Source: Raja brachyura (lineage: Eukaryota). Taken from it: 64,000 nt of DNA. This document shows positions 1 to 13,809 of the stretch, in pieces. The position numbers and the translations under genes are program-made. Location: NCBI GenBank assembly GCA_963514005.1, contig OY740793.1, forward strand, positions 57,226,001 through 57,290,000. The letters run 5' to 3'. The first letter of the stretch is position 1, and every line of letters starts with the position of its first letter. Under the pieces are notes generated by a model, which was given only the letters and a program-made list of their open reading frames with translations, was not told the origin of the DNA and did not search any database.

Positions 1-2084
1 CCTCATGTGGGAAATCATGTCCGCCAGGGGCAAGGTGGCCCACCAGGGCTGCCATGACAAGTACCTACCAAGAGGTGTCTCTTCCAAGAGTGAGAATCAC
101 TGCACAATGAAGCTGTGTCAGAAGACATTTCATGATGGGATACAATATGCCAATGTAAGCGGCAAGAATCTAGTCACATTGATGTCTTATGCATTCATCA
201 CGAGAGAGATACAAATCCAAACTGTTAACCTCACAGACTGCTATTACATCCACACTGTTCACATGAACAGTGTCCACACCTCACCCTGCCACTTCTAGCC
301 TACTCCACTCTCGCCCCAATTCAACACCTCCAACTGTACACTAATAAAGAGATTATTCAATGTCCTGCATTACACCCAAAATAATAAAGGAATAGGAGAG
401 GGGTCACCACTATGAGAAGGGCCCTCGTTCAGAAGAAAAAGAGAGGGGGGGGGGGGGGCGATTTGGAGTATTAGGTGAAATTAGAGATTGGGTAGTTGAT
501 GGAATATCAGGTGCATTTCTTCCATTTTATATGTGGCTCAATTCTGTTGAAACCAGGTGTCCCTTTTCATGATTCCAATATGTATAGTCCCTTATTAAAT
601 TAACCCAATCAGGTATAATTATTAACAGTGATTACTATATCCTTTTTGTATAGGACAAATCTAAACATCTTAACTACCATGTCTGTTGCTGCATCATCAT
701 TAAGGTGTCTTGGATACAGCTTTTATGCACAACGTCCTTGCTTTGTCTTTGTAAGACAAGCAGAAGGGCCCTCACTTGTCCTTCTCCTGAGCAGGTTGCA
801 TAGAGGAGTACGAGTGGAGGGCCCAGGCACCTGTGACGTGGGGTCTGTCAGCTGAGTTGTTCTCTGGTTTGGAGACTGGAATGCTGGAAATGAGGATCTG
901 AGCACTAACAAATTGTTGTAACGTTGTCCATCTGATCCCCTGAGAATTTGCCCGCTATGTAGGTTCAGGATCTTGATGTTCCCCTTCAAAGCAACAGCAA
1001 CTCAGCCCCCATCACAGCTCCTCGGGCTATGCCCTCACCTGTGTCCTTCTACTCCTCTGGCCTTTTGTATCTGCCTCCTGGTCCCGAGGGATGAGGTCAC
1101 TTCCTGCTCTTTGTCTAGCACTTGATAGCAGTGCTACCTATTGCTAGGTATTGCAAGGGATTCTCCATTCCTGCAGAGCATCTGCTACAGTGCTCACCCA
1201 GACTGATGAAAGCAGCGGAATCTCATCTTCAGGACACCAATGAGATTCCCCACTCCCGCTCTGGTACTTGTGTGGCTGTCGATGTGTGTCAATACTCAGC
1301 TGGTATAGTTGGATTGCAAACAGCAGTGAGAAAGCATTGCAGTAGAAGGCTGCCATAACACCCCAGAATACGTTCCACAAAGTGGCACTGGCCACTGCAA
1401 ACGTGAGACAATGTGGATTCAAAAAGGATAAGATGTTTGTTGACCTAATTTCTTGTGCTCCATGACCAGCTGGACATTCAGGGAGTGGAAGCCTCCATAT
1501 AATTCATGTGAAACCCTACTGGAACATTGAAAGCCATTAATATGAGTTTGGTTAAATCTGGGAAGGAGCAAAAAGACAGAGTAAGGACTGAAAATATTTT
1601 TAAGGTTGTAAAAGCTTACTGAGTTACTGAAGGGCAAGGCATTGAGGGATTTAAAAATAAGTGTGAGCATATAAATTGATTTATCAAATAATCCTTTTCT
1701 CAAAAGTCATTGAGGACAGCGACAGCAGGATGATCATATCAACATTGCTATGAAATCTCATTCATTGCTATATTAATGTTTTTAATAAAAACATCTCATT
1801 AAAAGATTCAGCACTGACAACTGATACAATACCCCCTGGAAACCAAATGCTGAGTTTCATAAGGCAGGTTACAGTTCAATAGATTGGCAATTTCTGTCTG
1901 TAATCATGTGCAGGTTTCAACTGTAAGTGCAGGAGTACAGGATTATTTAATTGTAGCCATTAAATCACTACCTCTTGCTCATTTCCCCCCATTCAAACAT
2001 CATGCCCCACATGTGCACACACATATGATACATCAGCCAATGCATGATTATATACGCCCAAGATATATATCTTTCAGCAAAAAC

Positions 2085-2467
2085 ACTTCCATTGCCAGCA
2101 GCATATTCAAGGATTCAAAATCCTGGCCATTCATTCTTCTCCCCTCTCCCAAAGGTATAAGGCAAAGAAGTGTGAAAATGCACACTACCATATTCAGGAA
2201 CAGTTTCTTCCCAGCAGTTATCAGACAACTAAAGCATCCCACCACAGCTAGAAAGCACTCTTGAACTACTATCTACCCCATTGATGACCCTTGGACTATC
2301 ATTGATCGGACTTTACCTTGCACTAAACGTGATTCCCTTATCATCTCTCTATGTAATGTAAATGGCTCGAGTATAATCATGCATTGTCTTTATGCTGACT
2401 GGTTAGCACGCAACAAAACCTTTTCACTGTACCTCAGTACACGTAACAGTAAACTAAGCTGAAACTA
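2085..2467 (+). mobile_element. Rex/Babar-like LINE 3' fragment
   Basis: C-terminal ORF remnant LLPS..TTIFRNSFFPAVIRQL, then 3' UTR ending ttttcactgtacctcagtacacgtaacagtaaactaagct. The same tail occurs at 50060-50220 and 35628-35740. Confidence 0.7.
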
Positions 2468-5460
2468 CCTTCTTGCCTAAAATTAGGTGACATGGCAAAG
2501 AGCAGCGGAGTCAAACTTAAGTTCCTCCAAATGAGGTTAGCAAGATGGGAACATTTCAGTGGAGTTCACTGTGGGAGTAAGAGAATTTGTTGCCACTGTT
2601 TCTAAGTGGCAGCCAGTGGGACTAGCTCAACAAATCCACAAGCATGTATCTGATTCATCCAGGAAACTGACTGGTGCACACAGGACCCACACAACAGCAC
2701 AGAACTGCTGAAATCTGCTGCCAAAGTGTACCTGAATTGTAGATGTTTCATTGCCCAAAAAGACAGGCCATACCATTGCAGCATACAATCTCATTCTGAA
2801 ACCCAAATACCAATGTTAATATTTTTTGATAAGACCTAATTGATCATACAATTACAGCAAATCTCACCTTCTATATATTAACCAAGGCATACCCACAAGC
2901 ACGACAGGTTACATGACTTATCTTCTATACGGCAACATGTATTGTCTAGTGCTAATAATTGCTATGCCTTTAATTAATATCCATTACTTAGATAGAATTA
3001 CAACATTTGCATGGAAGAATGCCTCTAATTATCTGCCAGTATCCATTAGTGACTCGAGCACAGTTCTTTATGCACATATTGAAGAGGCTTTATGCACAGT
3101 GGGGTACTTTCTTATGGTACAAATATTAGTGAAACTAGCTAGTGAATCAAAAAGGCCAGCAAACGTGACTGGAGTAACACAGAGTTGATTACGTCTTCCT
3201 TCACAGTTTGTTCATTCCCACTGTGTTAGAGAAGCTCTGGTGAAGACACAACAAATATCTCATCAGCATCAAATGGCATGGTTAAATCATTTGATTGCTG
3301 GTCACCTTCTCACCTCAGCTCTAGACCTTTCTTCTAAACAAAGTCCAGGTGCCACTTCCAGCTTCCAGAATGCACTGTAATAAACCTGTAATTCTGAAAC
3401 TCATGCTGATTCATCATGACTAAAGGGGGAATCAAATGAGTTCCTTTTAATATCAACCAACAGTTAAATCTGAAGATTCAAGACTTAACATATTATCAAT
3501 TGAGCCCTGTTATATTGTTTGTTACAAATGCACACAACAGATCTCGTCGAGTATGGTCAATACAATCAGAGGTAAGCTGTTTAATTGACTTTTATTGATT
3601 CTCGAAAGCATTTTGATTCTTTAGATCTAAGTATATTTTTACATTATATTGACTCCAGCATGTATCTTTTGACCAATGATCCCTGCATTCATTCTCATCC
3701 TCCCCACCCCCCAAACCCATCCTTATCGCAACCACTTAACTGGTTGGTTTATCTTTGCTTGTGAAAACGTGTACTAAGCCAGCTGGTAATGCATTGGGTC
3801 TCAGTCACAACTTTAGTTTAAGGTAATGGGCCATTGCCCAGAGTGTACAGTGGCCACCTTGCATCTGCACCTTTCTAGTACACCCTAACCAATGTCCTGG
3901 AATTTCCCAGTAAGTCCATTTGCTTCAGATGAGATGGAAAAGGGTTTACCTGTTGATTTCCGAGGTGCTCAGTGGGGAGAAGTAATGTAGAATTTGTCTA
4001 TATAAGGCTGAAGAGTGATCTCACCCAAATGTATAAATGTTTAATGGTGCTATGGAGCAACAGGCTCAGGGCATTGAAGCAGTTTCAGTCTCAACAACTG
4101 GTTGTAAATTATTGCTTCTCAAATTATATGCACCAGAGAATAAAATGCCACTGAGCCATATAAATAAATTTACTGAGGAATTTAGATGCAAATTTGTATG
4201 AGAAACAGATAGTAAATTTGTAAATCAGTAATGCCACAGTTTGTGTGTAATCGATAATTTAATCTAAGCAAAAATCTGAATTTGATGTGGAAATGATTAT
4301 ACCGCTGCAACTCTGTGAAGTGGGCAGTGGATTGATTTCATTTAGTATGCTCAACATCAAACTGTATTTGATATTCTGGAAGCAGTGAGCTGGTGAAGTA
4401 ATGTACAATGCTACACAGATAGGCTTTCAACAAAGATTTGCCATACTGCAGGTTCATCATCTCAGCAACGTGTTTGGGTAGTGCCAATTCAGAGAATGCA
4501 AGATGGGGTGAGAGTCTGAATTTTCCATCTTATAATGCTTTGCCTAGTATCAATAGAGGCTCAGAATAACAGACAAGCTGGCTACTTTCTTAATTTAACT
4601 GTAGTATTTCTCATCAGGGGGGAAACTAAATGTGTCTCTAATCTCATAAAGTAGCTGCGAACCAGACAATATCTGATCAACATATCTGACTAAAATATCT
4701 ATTTAAAATTCAAGTATATTATATAATTAATATGATAGAAAACAGTTTTGTCGACTGAAAATTGCCCAGAGTTGCCTCTACATATTATTGATCAACTCAT
4801 GTCTGTATAATTTCCATCACTATGAAGAGCTGGACTGGCTTGGATAGTCAACTCATCAACAATAATGCACCATCCATATACAGTACATTACACTTCAAAA
4901 TGTTTACAATAATGTCAATCTTCTGCTGTCTATTTTGCTCCCCAGCATAATTTCCATGTTATATACTGAACATCAGTATCCAGGTACGACTTCTCAAAAT
5001 GGTTGCCGTTACACAGACTTCCAATGTGATCTGGCCGGACGACACACAATTCCCCAAAACCACCACCTCCTCAGGGGATACACAATGCTGGCCATATCAA
5101 TAAAGTTCGTATCACATGAAATAACTCAAATCGGCCAACATTTCTTCCCTAAAGCAGCCTGGGTTATGTCATCAGCTACACCAAAAAACTGCTCAGAAGT
5201 CATTTGTAGCTGTGGCATTGCTGAGAAAAGATGGCATAATTATATTGTAAAATTGTTCATTAGAATCTTGTACTATGATGCCTTTGCCCTGAAGGACATC
5301 AGCCTTTATCACAGTGGCAAAGTTTTCCTGCCAGCTTTTGCAATTATCATTGCCCCGTATCAAGACCAAGTCTAATAAGGCAATTCAGACCCAGAGAAAG
5401 CACTGTGTTTAGTCCTGACACTGTTGCTTACATTCCATTTGATTACCATTTGAAACCAAC

Positions 5461-5608
5461 CTCTATTGTGCTGTTCCGTTGTGAGTTGTCTCTCTAAGGT
5501 TTCTCTCATTTCTCTCTCCCTGAACAGCTCCAGCTTCAGTTCTTTCTTCTCCTGTTGTATCTGCTTCTCCTGCACACGAGCATTGTCAACAGCCACCTTC
5601 AGCAGGCC
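5461..5608 (-). CDS. DACH2: DACH2-like internal coding exon, 148 nt, DD2/Box-C coiled coil GLLKVAVDNARVQEKQIQQEKKELKLELFREREMRETLERQLTTEQHNR
   Basis: Continues LLTNIQ|GLLKVA in frame. QEKQIQQEKKEL is DACH2-type (DACH1 has QEKQVQLEKTEL). Acceptor tatacAG|GGC, donor G|GTtggt; phase 0 to 1. Confidence 0.95.
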
Positions 5609-7247
5609 CTGTATAATCATTGAACAGTTTCACAATGAGCCACTGACCCAGTTAATACGCAATCCACAAAAGTCCTCAATATATGTAGAAGCTGGTGAAT
5701 GTTTAGTCAGCATAATTTCTATTTTCTTGCATTCATTCATGCCTAAATTATGAACATTAACAGCTCAATCCAATACTGTTTGATAACCAACTGGAAATAG
5801 CAGGATATTTTGCCATTTTCTGGTATTTTTTACCTTATCATAACAGTTGCTCTATACACAACTGCTGATCTAATTATTATTACAAATGTATAAAATACAT
5901 CATATGTTTTAGAAGAATTGGTGGTTTTCAAAGATTCTCTACTGTTTAGGATATGGACTCAATTGATCACAACAAATAATAGGGTTCGGGTTAGCGTTTG
6001 GAATTTTCACACATATTTATGGTGATATTAAATCTTTATTTACAAATTACCATATGATTTTCAAAAGTATGGTTTTCCATAAGATTACCATACGATTTTC
6101 AAAAGTAACCTACTTATAAATGTCATGGAAAATAAGTGTTAAGTGCAAAGCATTTTTTGCAGATCTTTTGCATCTTATAAATTTACTGCACACTTTGGCC
6201 CCTTGTATTTCCAAAGTGTAAAATTCATTAGCTTAGTGATCCTAGTTGTCTTGCAGTATTCTTGTAACATGACAGGGATAGGCAAAGCAGGAAATGGTGA
6301 ATAAATTGTGAGAGAGTTTATGGAAGTCTAATGGCACAGTCACAGGCACTTGAAAGCAAGAGAAGTATCAAAACGGGATGATTTAGTGAATAAGCAGTTA
6401 ACATCTACAGAAGCGCAAGGGCAGGTAATGTATAATCTGGTACAGATGAGTTAAGATCCTTCACTGTTAACAGGGGAAGGGAGATGGAGCCGGGATAAAA
6501 CTGCATGAGCAAAATAATTTCCAATGAAGATCATTGCTTATAAATCAAATAGTTGGGAGGTAGAGCAATTTTGCAAAGAAAGGAGTATCTCTCTCTCCAC
6601 TTCCAAGGAGATGTAGGCCAACGGATTTTGAGTAAATTGTATTTTGTGGAGAAGGACTATGAAAAGTAATGAAACTGAATATTGAGCCAGCAAGAGAACA
6701 TTGCATTAACATGAGACCATTTTTTTCCAAACACTACATAAATTATTACAAAAAAAGTCAAACTATAAAATTAACACTTTAACCTTGGAAATATATACCC
6801 TTTTACATCATTTTTAAATTAGGCTTTCCAACTAAAAATAGGCTGGTGTTTGAAAATGTTATTCCAATGAATTTTGTAATTTTAAATCACCAAAGTAGAG
6901 TTTCATTAGACTTGGTTCATGTCAATGTTATTTATTATGCAACACATAAGATGTTGAATGGCTAATGATATAATTAATCATTATTAACTACAATTTTCCA
7001 TATTTGTTGCATCACTGCTTCCCGTGATTAGATCTGCATTTTTTTTTGGTGGGAGGAAATTATGCTCATGCCTTGCACTGCTACTGAGTTCCCATCAGAC
7101 TCTGAGGCTCTCAATCGATATCAGAAGCAGAAATGCAATGGGATAATTGAGGAATTGTTTCCGATCCAACATCCAAAAAGTTGAGGCCAGGGTGATTCTG
7201 TAAAATGTAACCAAATCCCTAAGTATATCTCACAAAGTATCAGTGTT

Positions 7248-7507
7248 GTTTAGTTTAGTTTAGAGATAAACGCGGAAACACGGCATTCGGCCCACCGAGT
7301 CTACGCCAACCAGCAATCCACGCACACTAATACTATCCTACACACATCAGGGACAATTCACAAATTTTACCAAGCCAATTAGCCTACAAACCTGCACGTC
7401 TTTGGAGTGTGGGAAGAAACCGGAGCTCTCGGAGAAAACTCACACAGGTCACGGGGAGAATGTGCAAACTCCATACAGACAGCAAACGTAGTCAGGATTG
7501 AACCCGG
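7248..7507 (-). mobile_element. HE1-like V-SINE, 5' truncated
   Basis: On -: B box GGTTCAATCC, V-domain gagtttgcacattctccccgtgacctgtgtgagttttctccg, CR1-type tail ending (ctaaa)n. Similar to the copies at 20425, 35851 and 52420. Confidence 0.8.
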
Positions 7508-8859
7508 CCGCCGCTAAGGTTATTTGAATCGTAAATTAATTGAAAGGTAACTTACAGTTGTACCTAACTGCAGCAAGACTAATGTATCAGTATCTAGTAC
7601 ACTCCGAATGTGATTTAATTTTCTTCCAAAGGTAAATTCTACACCCCCCCACACCCCAATTGAAAAGCTGAATGCACAACCCTTCTGCCAGAGACAAGCT
7701 GTTTACACTTTGTGTTGCAGACTTCACAGATCACAAGAATCTATTTCCCTGTGGACCATGGTGACCATACCAATATATGCAAAGACTAAAGCTGGTGAAG
7801 TGCGGTTGCACTTCTCAACCGCATTCACTTGTTGCATTCAATAAAGAAAGGGATGCCTTGCACATAAGGATTTGTAAAAATGAACATAAAAGGTAAAGAG
7901 ATGGGGAACCAAAACCATTAAGTTAAAATAAACTGGAGAGTTTCAAATATATGCAGTTAGCAGAAGATGGATAAGGTCATCTCTGGCACGGAACTGATAG
8001 ATACTGTATGGCAGCCACTCGTATTTGTGTATCAATAAAGATGGAGATTGCTCTATAACTTTGAATGAAACATACTTCTGTGTGCACTACAGATTGAGTA
8101 GATGAAGAAAATGTACCTTTTAGGAGAACTGTAATGTACATTAGTTGTAAGGGGAATTGAAAACAGCAAATGCAATGTTCATTGGCATGCAAGATGACAA
8201 TTAATTCACAAAGGACACTATGACTTGAAATAGAATAGAGCTGCTTGAAATGAAACTGCCCGGAATATTTGAAGTTTTAAAAGTCTATTTCAATAATTGA
8301 TCCCCTGAATAAAAGGAAGTAATTATTTATCCTATTTTTTGGGGGGGATTCAAAATCAAATAAAATAGTTACATTTGCAGAGGATTTAACATAATATTTT
8401 GCAGTAAAAAAGTAATCCAACAAAAAACATTAATATTCCTGGATTTATCAGTCATAGAATTTTTCAGCACGAGAAAAGATGCATCAAGTCCTCACCAGCC
8501 ATCAATAACCCCTTTGCATTAACCCTACACTAATCCCACTTTATTCTCCCCATTTTCCATCAACTCCTCCTAGATTTTTCCACTCACCTAGACACATTTA
8601 GGTTGAGCAAACAAAATCGTGTTGCTACTTCTGCCGCTGTTGTTTGTCGATACCTAGCAAGTTATAATAATTTTGCTGTAATTACAAGATGAGAAATCCT
8701 CACTCAAATTAAAATATTACTACAAAATTAATATGCTTGATCCTTCTTTCTTTCCCCAGTTGCTACTGTAGCATCTGCTTGTTTTTGTCTCTGGGGTTGA
8801 TACGGACTTTAGTTTTTGGTAAAGTACAATATAGCATTGAACATGGACTAATACTTCTC

Positions 8860-8950
8860 CTGAAGAAGGGTCTCGGCCCGAAACAGCACCCATTCCTTCT
8901 CTCCAGAAATGCTGCCTGTCCCGCTGAGTTACTCCAGCATTTTGTGTCTA
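8860..8950 (+). mobile_element. Short Penelope-derived terminal-repeat insertion with hammerhead-like core
   Basis: ctgaagaagggtctcggcccgaaac...cccgctgagttactccagcattttgtgtct. Direct repeat acttctcct at 8853-8861 and 8951-8959. Confidence 0.75.
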
Positions 8951-8998
8951 ACTTCTCCTTAATCCATTTATACTGTTCTGTTTGTGCTAAAATGTTAC

Positions 8999-9144
8999 CT
9001 GAATATTGGTTAGAAGTGTTTCTATTGAAGAGAGTCCATCAGCAAATAAGAATGGTGCAGGAAACCCTGGGGGCAGGACCTGCCCAGCCATGTGGAACTT
9101 CTCAATGCTGGTTCTGATCGTGGGCATCACAAGCTGAGTCTCAT
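8999..9144 (-). CDS. DACH2: DACH2-like internal coding exon, 146 nt, xETQLVMPTIRTSIEKFHMAGQVLPPGFPAPFLFADGLSSIETLLTNIQ (start of DD2/Box-C)
   Basis: Manually translated; not in the ORF track. Contains the DACH signature FPxPFLFxDGLSSIETLLTNIQ. Acceptor ttttgtgcaccgtgcAG|AT, donor CAG|GTaaca; phase 1 to 0. Confidence 0.95.
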
Positions 9145-9399
9145 CTGCACGGTGCACAAAAAGGGCAATTAGTGAAAGATATCACATTTAGAATACATCA
9201 CAGTCACATACAGCCTGTACAATCCATGTTGAATGATGGTGGTAATAAATAAATAAAATAAGCTGCAAATGCTGGAAATCTCAAAAATATATAAAGAACA
9301 GACTGGAAATACTCAAACAGTCAGGCAGCCCCCGTGGAAAGTAAACACTGCCAACAATTCAGTTGTAACAAAGTTGGACATGAAATGATGGCTCTGTTT

Positions 9400-10164
9400 T
9401 TTTTATTTTTAGTGAGTTAAAGTATTCTGTTTGGAGTCTATTCTTTTTTATGTGGGGGGTGGGGGGGGGGGGAAGGGGGAAACTGCTTTTCAGGGTCCCT
9501 ACCTGGTCGGAGAGGCAGCTTTTCTCCGGACTGCATCTTTGACTCGTCCTCGCGGCCTACCAGCGGGCCTGGAGCGGCGTTTCTTGAGGAGACCGGCCAG
9601 AACCTCGGCTTCGGCAGCGGCGCAGCCCTGGAGCACATTGTGGGGCGGAGCGGGCGATACCTTGCCTGGGTCGCCGCGCTGGAACTCCGGTGAGCTGAAA
9701 CCGCCAACAAAAAAAAAAACGGAGCGGAGCTGCGGGACTACGGAGCAGCCAGCTGCGGGCGGCGGCGCTGAACTTCAACATCGGGAGCCAGTGGGGGAGC
9801 TCCATTCATCGCGGCCTTGTTGACTTCGGAAGCTGCGGACTCCGGTAAGGAAGCGTCCGTTCCAGGTGTCCCAAGCCGCTGAGAGGATTCTCCCGACGCC
9901 GGAGCACCATCACCCGACGAGAACGGCCTGGAACATTGGTCCTCCTTGAAGGCGACTGCAGAGGCCTCAATAGGCCTGACTATGGGTGGACATGGGTTGG
10001 GGACTGGACATTGTGCCTTCCCTCATAATGGAAACCATTGTGGGGGGGATGTTTGTTGTGTTTAAAATCTCTCTATTATTGTTGTCTGTATTCTTTTTTT
10101 ATGTGCTGCATTGGCAAAAAACGTTTCACTACGCCAATTGGTGTACGTGACCAATAAATACCTT
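9400..10164 (+). mobile_element. GC-rich non-autonomous retroelement (copy A), nested in an older Penelope-derived remnant (9260-9400 and 10165-10215)
   Basis: Collinear with the reverse complement of 16911-17749 over ~750 bp. LINE-like 3' tail ttcactacgccaattggtgtacgtgaccaataaa. Confidence 0.8.
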
Positions 10165-10515
10165 TGTTTCTCTCTTCACGGATGATGCCTGACCTGCTGA
10201 GTGATTCCAGTATTTTTATAGTGTTTATACAATGAGGTAGAGAAGCAGTCAATAGGTTGACATCAACCTTTATATATCTTGTTCATCAATTTTTCAACAA
10301 TCTTTCAATCACTGAGTGTGTATGAGATTGTGAATGAGGGGATGGTTGCAAAGTCCTGAATGCAATGTTACAATTCTCTAAAAAATATACAGACTGACCA
10401 CCTTTCCAGTTGTATTGTGTACAAAAAATGTGATTTGCCCCTTGTTTCTGGCTGATGAGCTGACTGAATAGGTGAAAATGTTAATACATTGAACAGGGGT
10501 TATTATGTCTGTGAT

Positions 10516-10911
10516 TCTCCGTGGATTGTCACCTTGTCGTGGTGGAGAAGCTTGTGTGGTCCTGAGATCCTGAGATCGATGGCGTCTGGAGGTATGCTCC
10601 TGGTAGGGTCACACATGGCGGTAAGGTCGAGGGGGAGGTCTCAGACAAAGAGCAATCCAACCAATACCTCAACGGTGGAACAGGTGGAGGAGGATGGCTT
10701 TAGTGGAGCGTCACAACGGCTGGGAAGGTGGGCGAAGGCTGCAGCAGAAAAGGGTCCCCGGTCGTCTTGGACTCCATGCCACTGGATTCTGACCCAAATC
10801 TGTCAAGGACCGTGCGGTGGCTGTCTGTGCACCAGTCTCCCCACGTTAAACAAAGTCACGCACAGGCGTCCTCCATGAGAGGACAGTCATACGCGTTTCG
10901 AGTGACCGCCA
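10516..10911 (+). mobile_element. RTE-clade (Expander/BovB-like) derived short non-autonomous element with 11-bp TSD
   Basis: Begins with an RTE-like 5' UTR (tcaccttgtcgtggtggagaagcttgtgtggtcc...cctggtagggtcac...cagacaaagagc). Perfect direct repeat atgtctgtgat at 10505-10515 and 10912-10922. Confidence 0.7.
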
Positions 10912-11509
10912 ATGTCTGTGATATAATTGTACGTTCAATAAATTTAAACCAGAAAACTCTGCCCACCTTCCCTGTAACTGAATTTATGGAATTCCATTAA
11001 TATAATAGACTGTATGTGCATTCTAAGAAGTTTTCTTTCAAAACACTGATGTGCAACAAAAAAAAATCCACACTTTCTTAGGTGCTAGGCATGAGAAATA
11101 TAAACACAAGTCTACCGCATGCTTCCAAGAAATATCCTACAAGTATTAAACCGATACATGATATTTTTATATAAGGAGCAATTTCCGTCAAGCAGATCCA
11201 TATTTAATGACGGTGTTGTTTTAAGTTGAGCTAAGGCGCTTACAATCATCGGCACAGGAATGGGGAGGTACAGGTACAAAAAGTATCTTGCTTGCAGCAG
11301 CATCACTGGAACATATATTCAGGCACCACACAAAAACTTAAATTATCAAAAACCTGATAGTTGTAGGAAAGTAGCTATGCCTGAACCTGGTGGTAAGAGA
11401 CCAAGTTTCTGCACCACCTGCCACATGGTAGCACTTAAAAGAGGGTACAGCTCAGATGCTCGGGATACTTAATGATAAATGCTGTTCTCTTGAGGCAGTG
11501 TCTCATGCA

Positions 11510-12015
11510 ATAGACAACAGACAATAGGTGCAGGAGTAGGCCATTCGAGCCAGCACCGCCATTCAATGTGATCATGGCTGATCATCCCCAATCAGTACCC
11601 CATTCCTGCCTTCTCCCCATATCCCTGACTCTGCTATTTTTAAGAGCCCGACCTAGCTCTCTCTTGAAAGCATCCAGAGAACCTGCCTCCACCATCCTCT
11701 CAGGCAGAGAATTACACAGACTCACCACTCTCTGTGAGAAAAAGTGTTTCCTCGTCTCCGTTCTAAATGGCTTACTCCTTATATTTAAACTGTGACCCCT
11801 GGTTCTGGACACCTCCAACATCGGGAACATGTTTCCTGCCTCTAATGTGTCAAAACCCTTAACAATCTTATATGTTCCAATAAGATCCCCTCTCATCCTT
11901 CTAAACTCCAGAGTGTACAAGCCCAGCTGCTCCATTCTCTCAGCATATGACTGTCCTGCCATCCCGGGAATTAACCTTGTAAACCTACGCTGCACGCCCT
12001 CCATAGCAAGAATAG
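11510..12015 (-). mobile_element. CR1/HER1-type LINE 3' fragment
   Basis: ORF2 C-terminus EGVQRRFTRLIPG..LGLYTLEFRRMRGDLI.TYKI..SRTRGHSL..FFSQRVV..NSLP; tail ...ctactcctgcacctattgtct. Confidence 0.92.
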
Positions 12016-12292
12016 CAAAAAAAATGCAGATTCTTTTGATGGCAGAGGGAGCTAGATCAATGACGACTTCATTACTATCTGCAGCCTCTTGCAACACTGT
12101 GTGTTGGAATTACAGTAATGCAACTAAGTCGGGATACTTTCTACAGTGCATCTGAAGAAGTTTGTTAGAGTGTCCAGTATCATGCTCAATCACTTTAAAC
12201 TAGGAAAGTAGAGGCGTAGCATCCTTCTTCATGATTACATCCTTCTGCTGGGCCCAGGAAGATGTTAGCATCCAAGAATTTGAAGCCTATAA

Positions 12293-13809
12293 AGGGCCTG
12301 TCCCACTGTACGAAGTAATTCAAGAATTCTGCCGAGTTTCCCCTGATTCGAACTTGGAGAATTACTGTAATAGCCGCCCGTAGGTACTCGGGGCTCTCGC
12401 GGACATTTTTCAACACGTTGAAAAAACTTCACGAGCTTACCGCGTTTTCCGAGTACCTGCCGTTAGCATTAAGAGCCGCTAAGAGACATCCTGAGCTCCA
12501 ACATACCCGCTACGTACATTCTAGTTACTTACCACGGGTTCAATTTTTTTTTAACTTGGGAGAGCTCTTTTTTTTTTTGAACTCCACATTTATTGACATA
12601 ACAAAATACACATACAGGCAAAACAAAGGGACACACAAAAGACAATCACAAAATGACAAAATACAAATCACCTAACCTCTATTTACATCACATCGGATCC
12701 TCTTAACATTCTATCATCGAAGCATCTTATTCACAGGCACCATAGCAAGCTCATCCATTTATATCCTTAATCAATCTTGGCATTTGTAATAGTACCGGTT
12801 TCCATATAATATTAAAGGCATCGGTCCTCAACAGGAGTTTAGCAGTTATACTTTCCCTCCACTGTTGAACATTTGGTGGCATTTCCTTTCTCCATAGCAC
12901 TGTTATCATCTTTTTAGCAATCAACAGCATCACCCCAAGCAAATATTTCTGATTTTGAATATCTGTTGCTGCTGGAGTATCTCCTAATACAAAACCAGCC
13001 GGTTCCAAAGGTAGATCCACTCCCAGAATTAATTTAATCTCTACCTGGATGTCTCTCCAGTATTGGTACAATTTGGGACAATCCCAAAAAATATGTGTGT
13101 GATCACCAATCTTCCCACATTGTCTCCAGCATAAGTTTTAGGTGTTACTGTATCTTGCCAACACTAAAGGGGTCCTAAATACTCTAATTTTAATTTTCCA
13201 GTCAAATCCCTCCAAGAGGGGCTGCTTGTCAGCTTATGGCCCAGGAGACATGTCCTTTCCCATGTTTCATCTGGAATAATAATGTTCATTTCAAATTCCC
13301 ATTTCTGTTTTGTTTCTATAGTATTTCCTTTTATATAGTCTTGAAGTCCTTGATATAAATGGGATATCAAATTATTTTGCAACACTCCCTCTATAGTCAT
13401 CAAGAAAGTATTTTCCAAATTTGAAGATAGTCTACATATCTGCACCCAATCTCCATGTGTCTGTAAGTAGTGCCATATTTGGCGGAACCTGAAGAAATCC
13501 GACCCTGACAGCCCAAATTCAATCTGCAAGTGCTCGTAAGATTTCAAGACTCCCCCACAAAAAAGCTGGTCCACTGTAATAAGCCCTTTATCTGCCCAGT
13601 TCCTAAATCCTTTATCAATTTTGCTGGGTATAAAATTGGGACTAGCAGCTATCTTCATTGCTCTAGATATCGAATTAAAAACATTTAATTGCTTTCTTAT
13701 AGCTAACCACGTTTTCATCGTGAATTTAATCCAATCGTTATCTACTTTTAATTTCTTCCAATTTACTTGAGTTAGCTCTTGAGCAAACTAGTATAGTGGG
13801 ACAGGCCCT
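12293..13809. mobile_element. PIF/Harbinger-like MITE (15-bp TIR agggcctgtcccact, TAA TSD) interrupted by an L1 fragment
   Basis: taa|agggcctgtcccact at 12293 and agtgggacaggccct|taa at 13809. Confidence 0.85.
12570..13773 (-). mobile_element. L1/Tx1-clade LINE ORF2 3' fragment (frameshifted), with poly(A) tail
   Basis: ORFs 13164-13718 and 12751-13071 plus the zinc knuckle CWRQCGKIGDHTHIFWDCPKLYQYW. FFRFRQI, KQKWE..II.DETW and IAKKMI..W motifs. AATAAA and poly(A) near 12570-12595. Candidate TSD agctctt (12563-12569 / 13774-13780). Confidence 0.88.

Noticed and set aside
1-1420. Short ORFs and possible old retroelement remnants at the window start
   Set aside because: No motif I can identify with confidence, so left unannotated.
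9431-9823. ORFs repeated at 17070-17733 suggesting a duplicated gene
   Set aside because: They are dispersed repeat copies with discordant frames, not conserved coding sequence.
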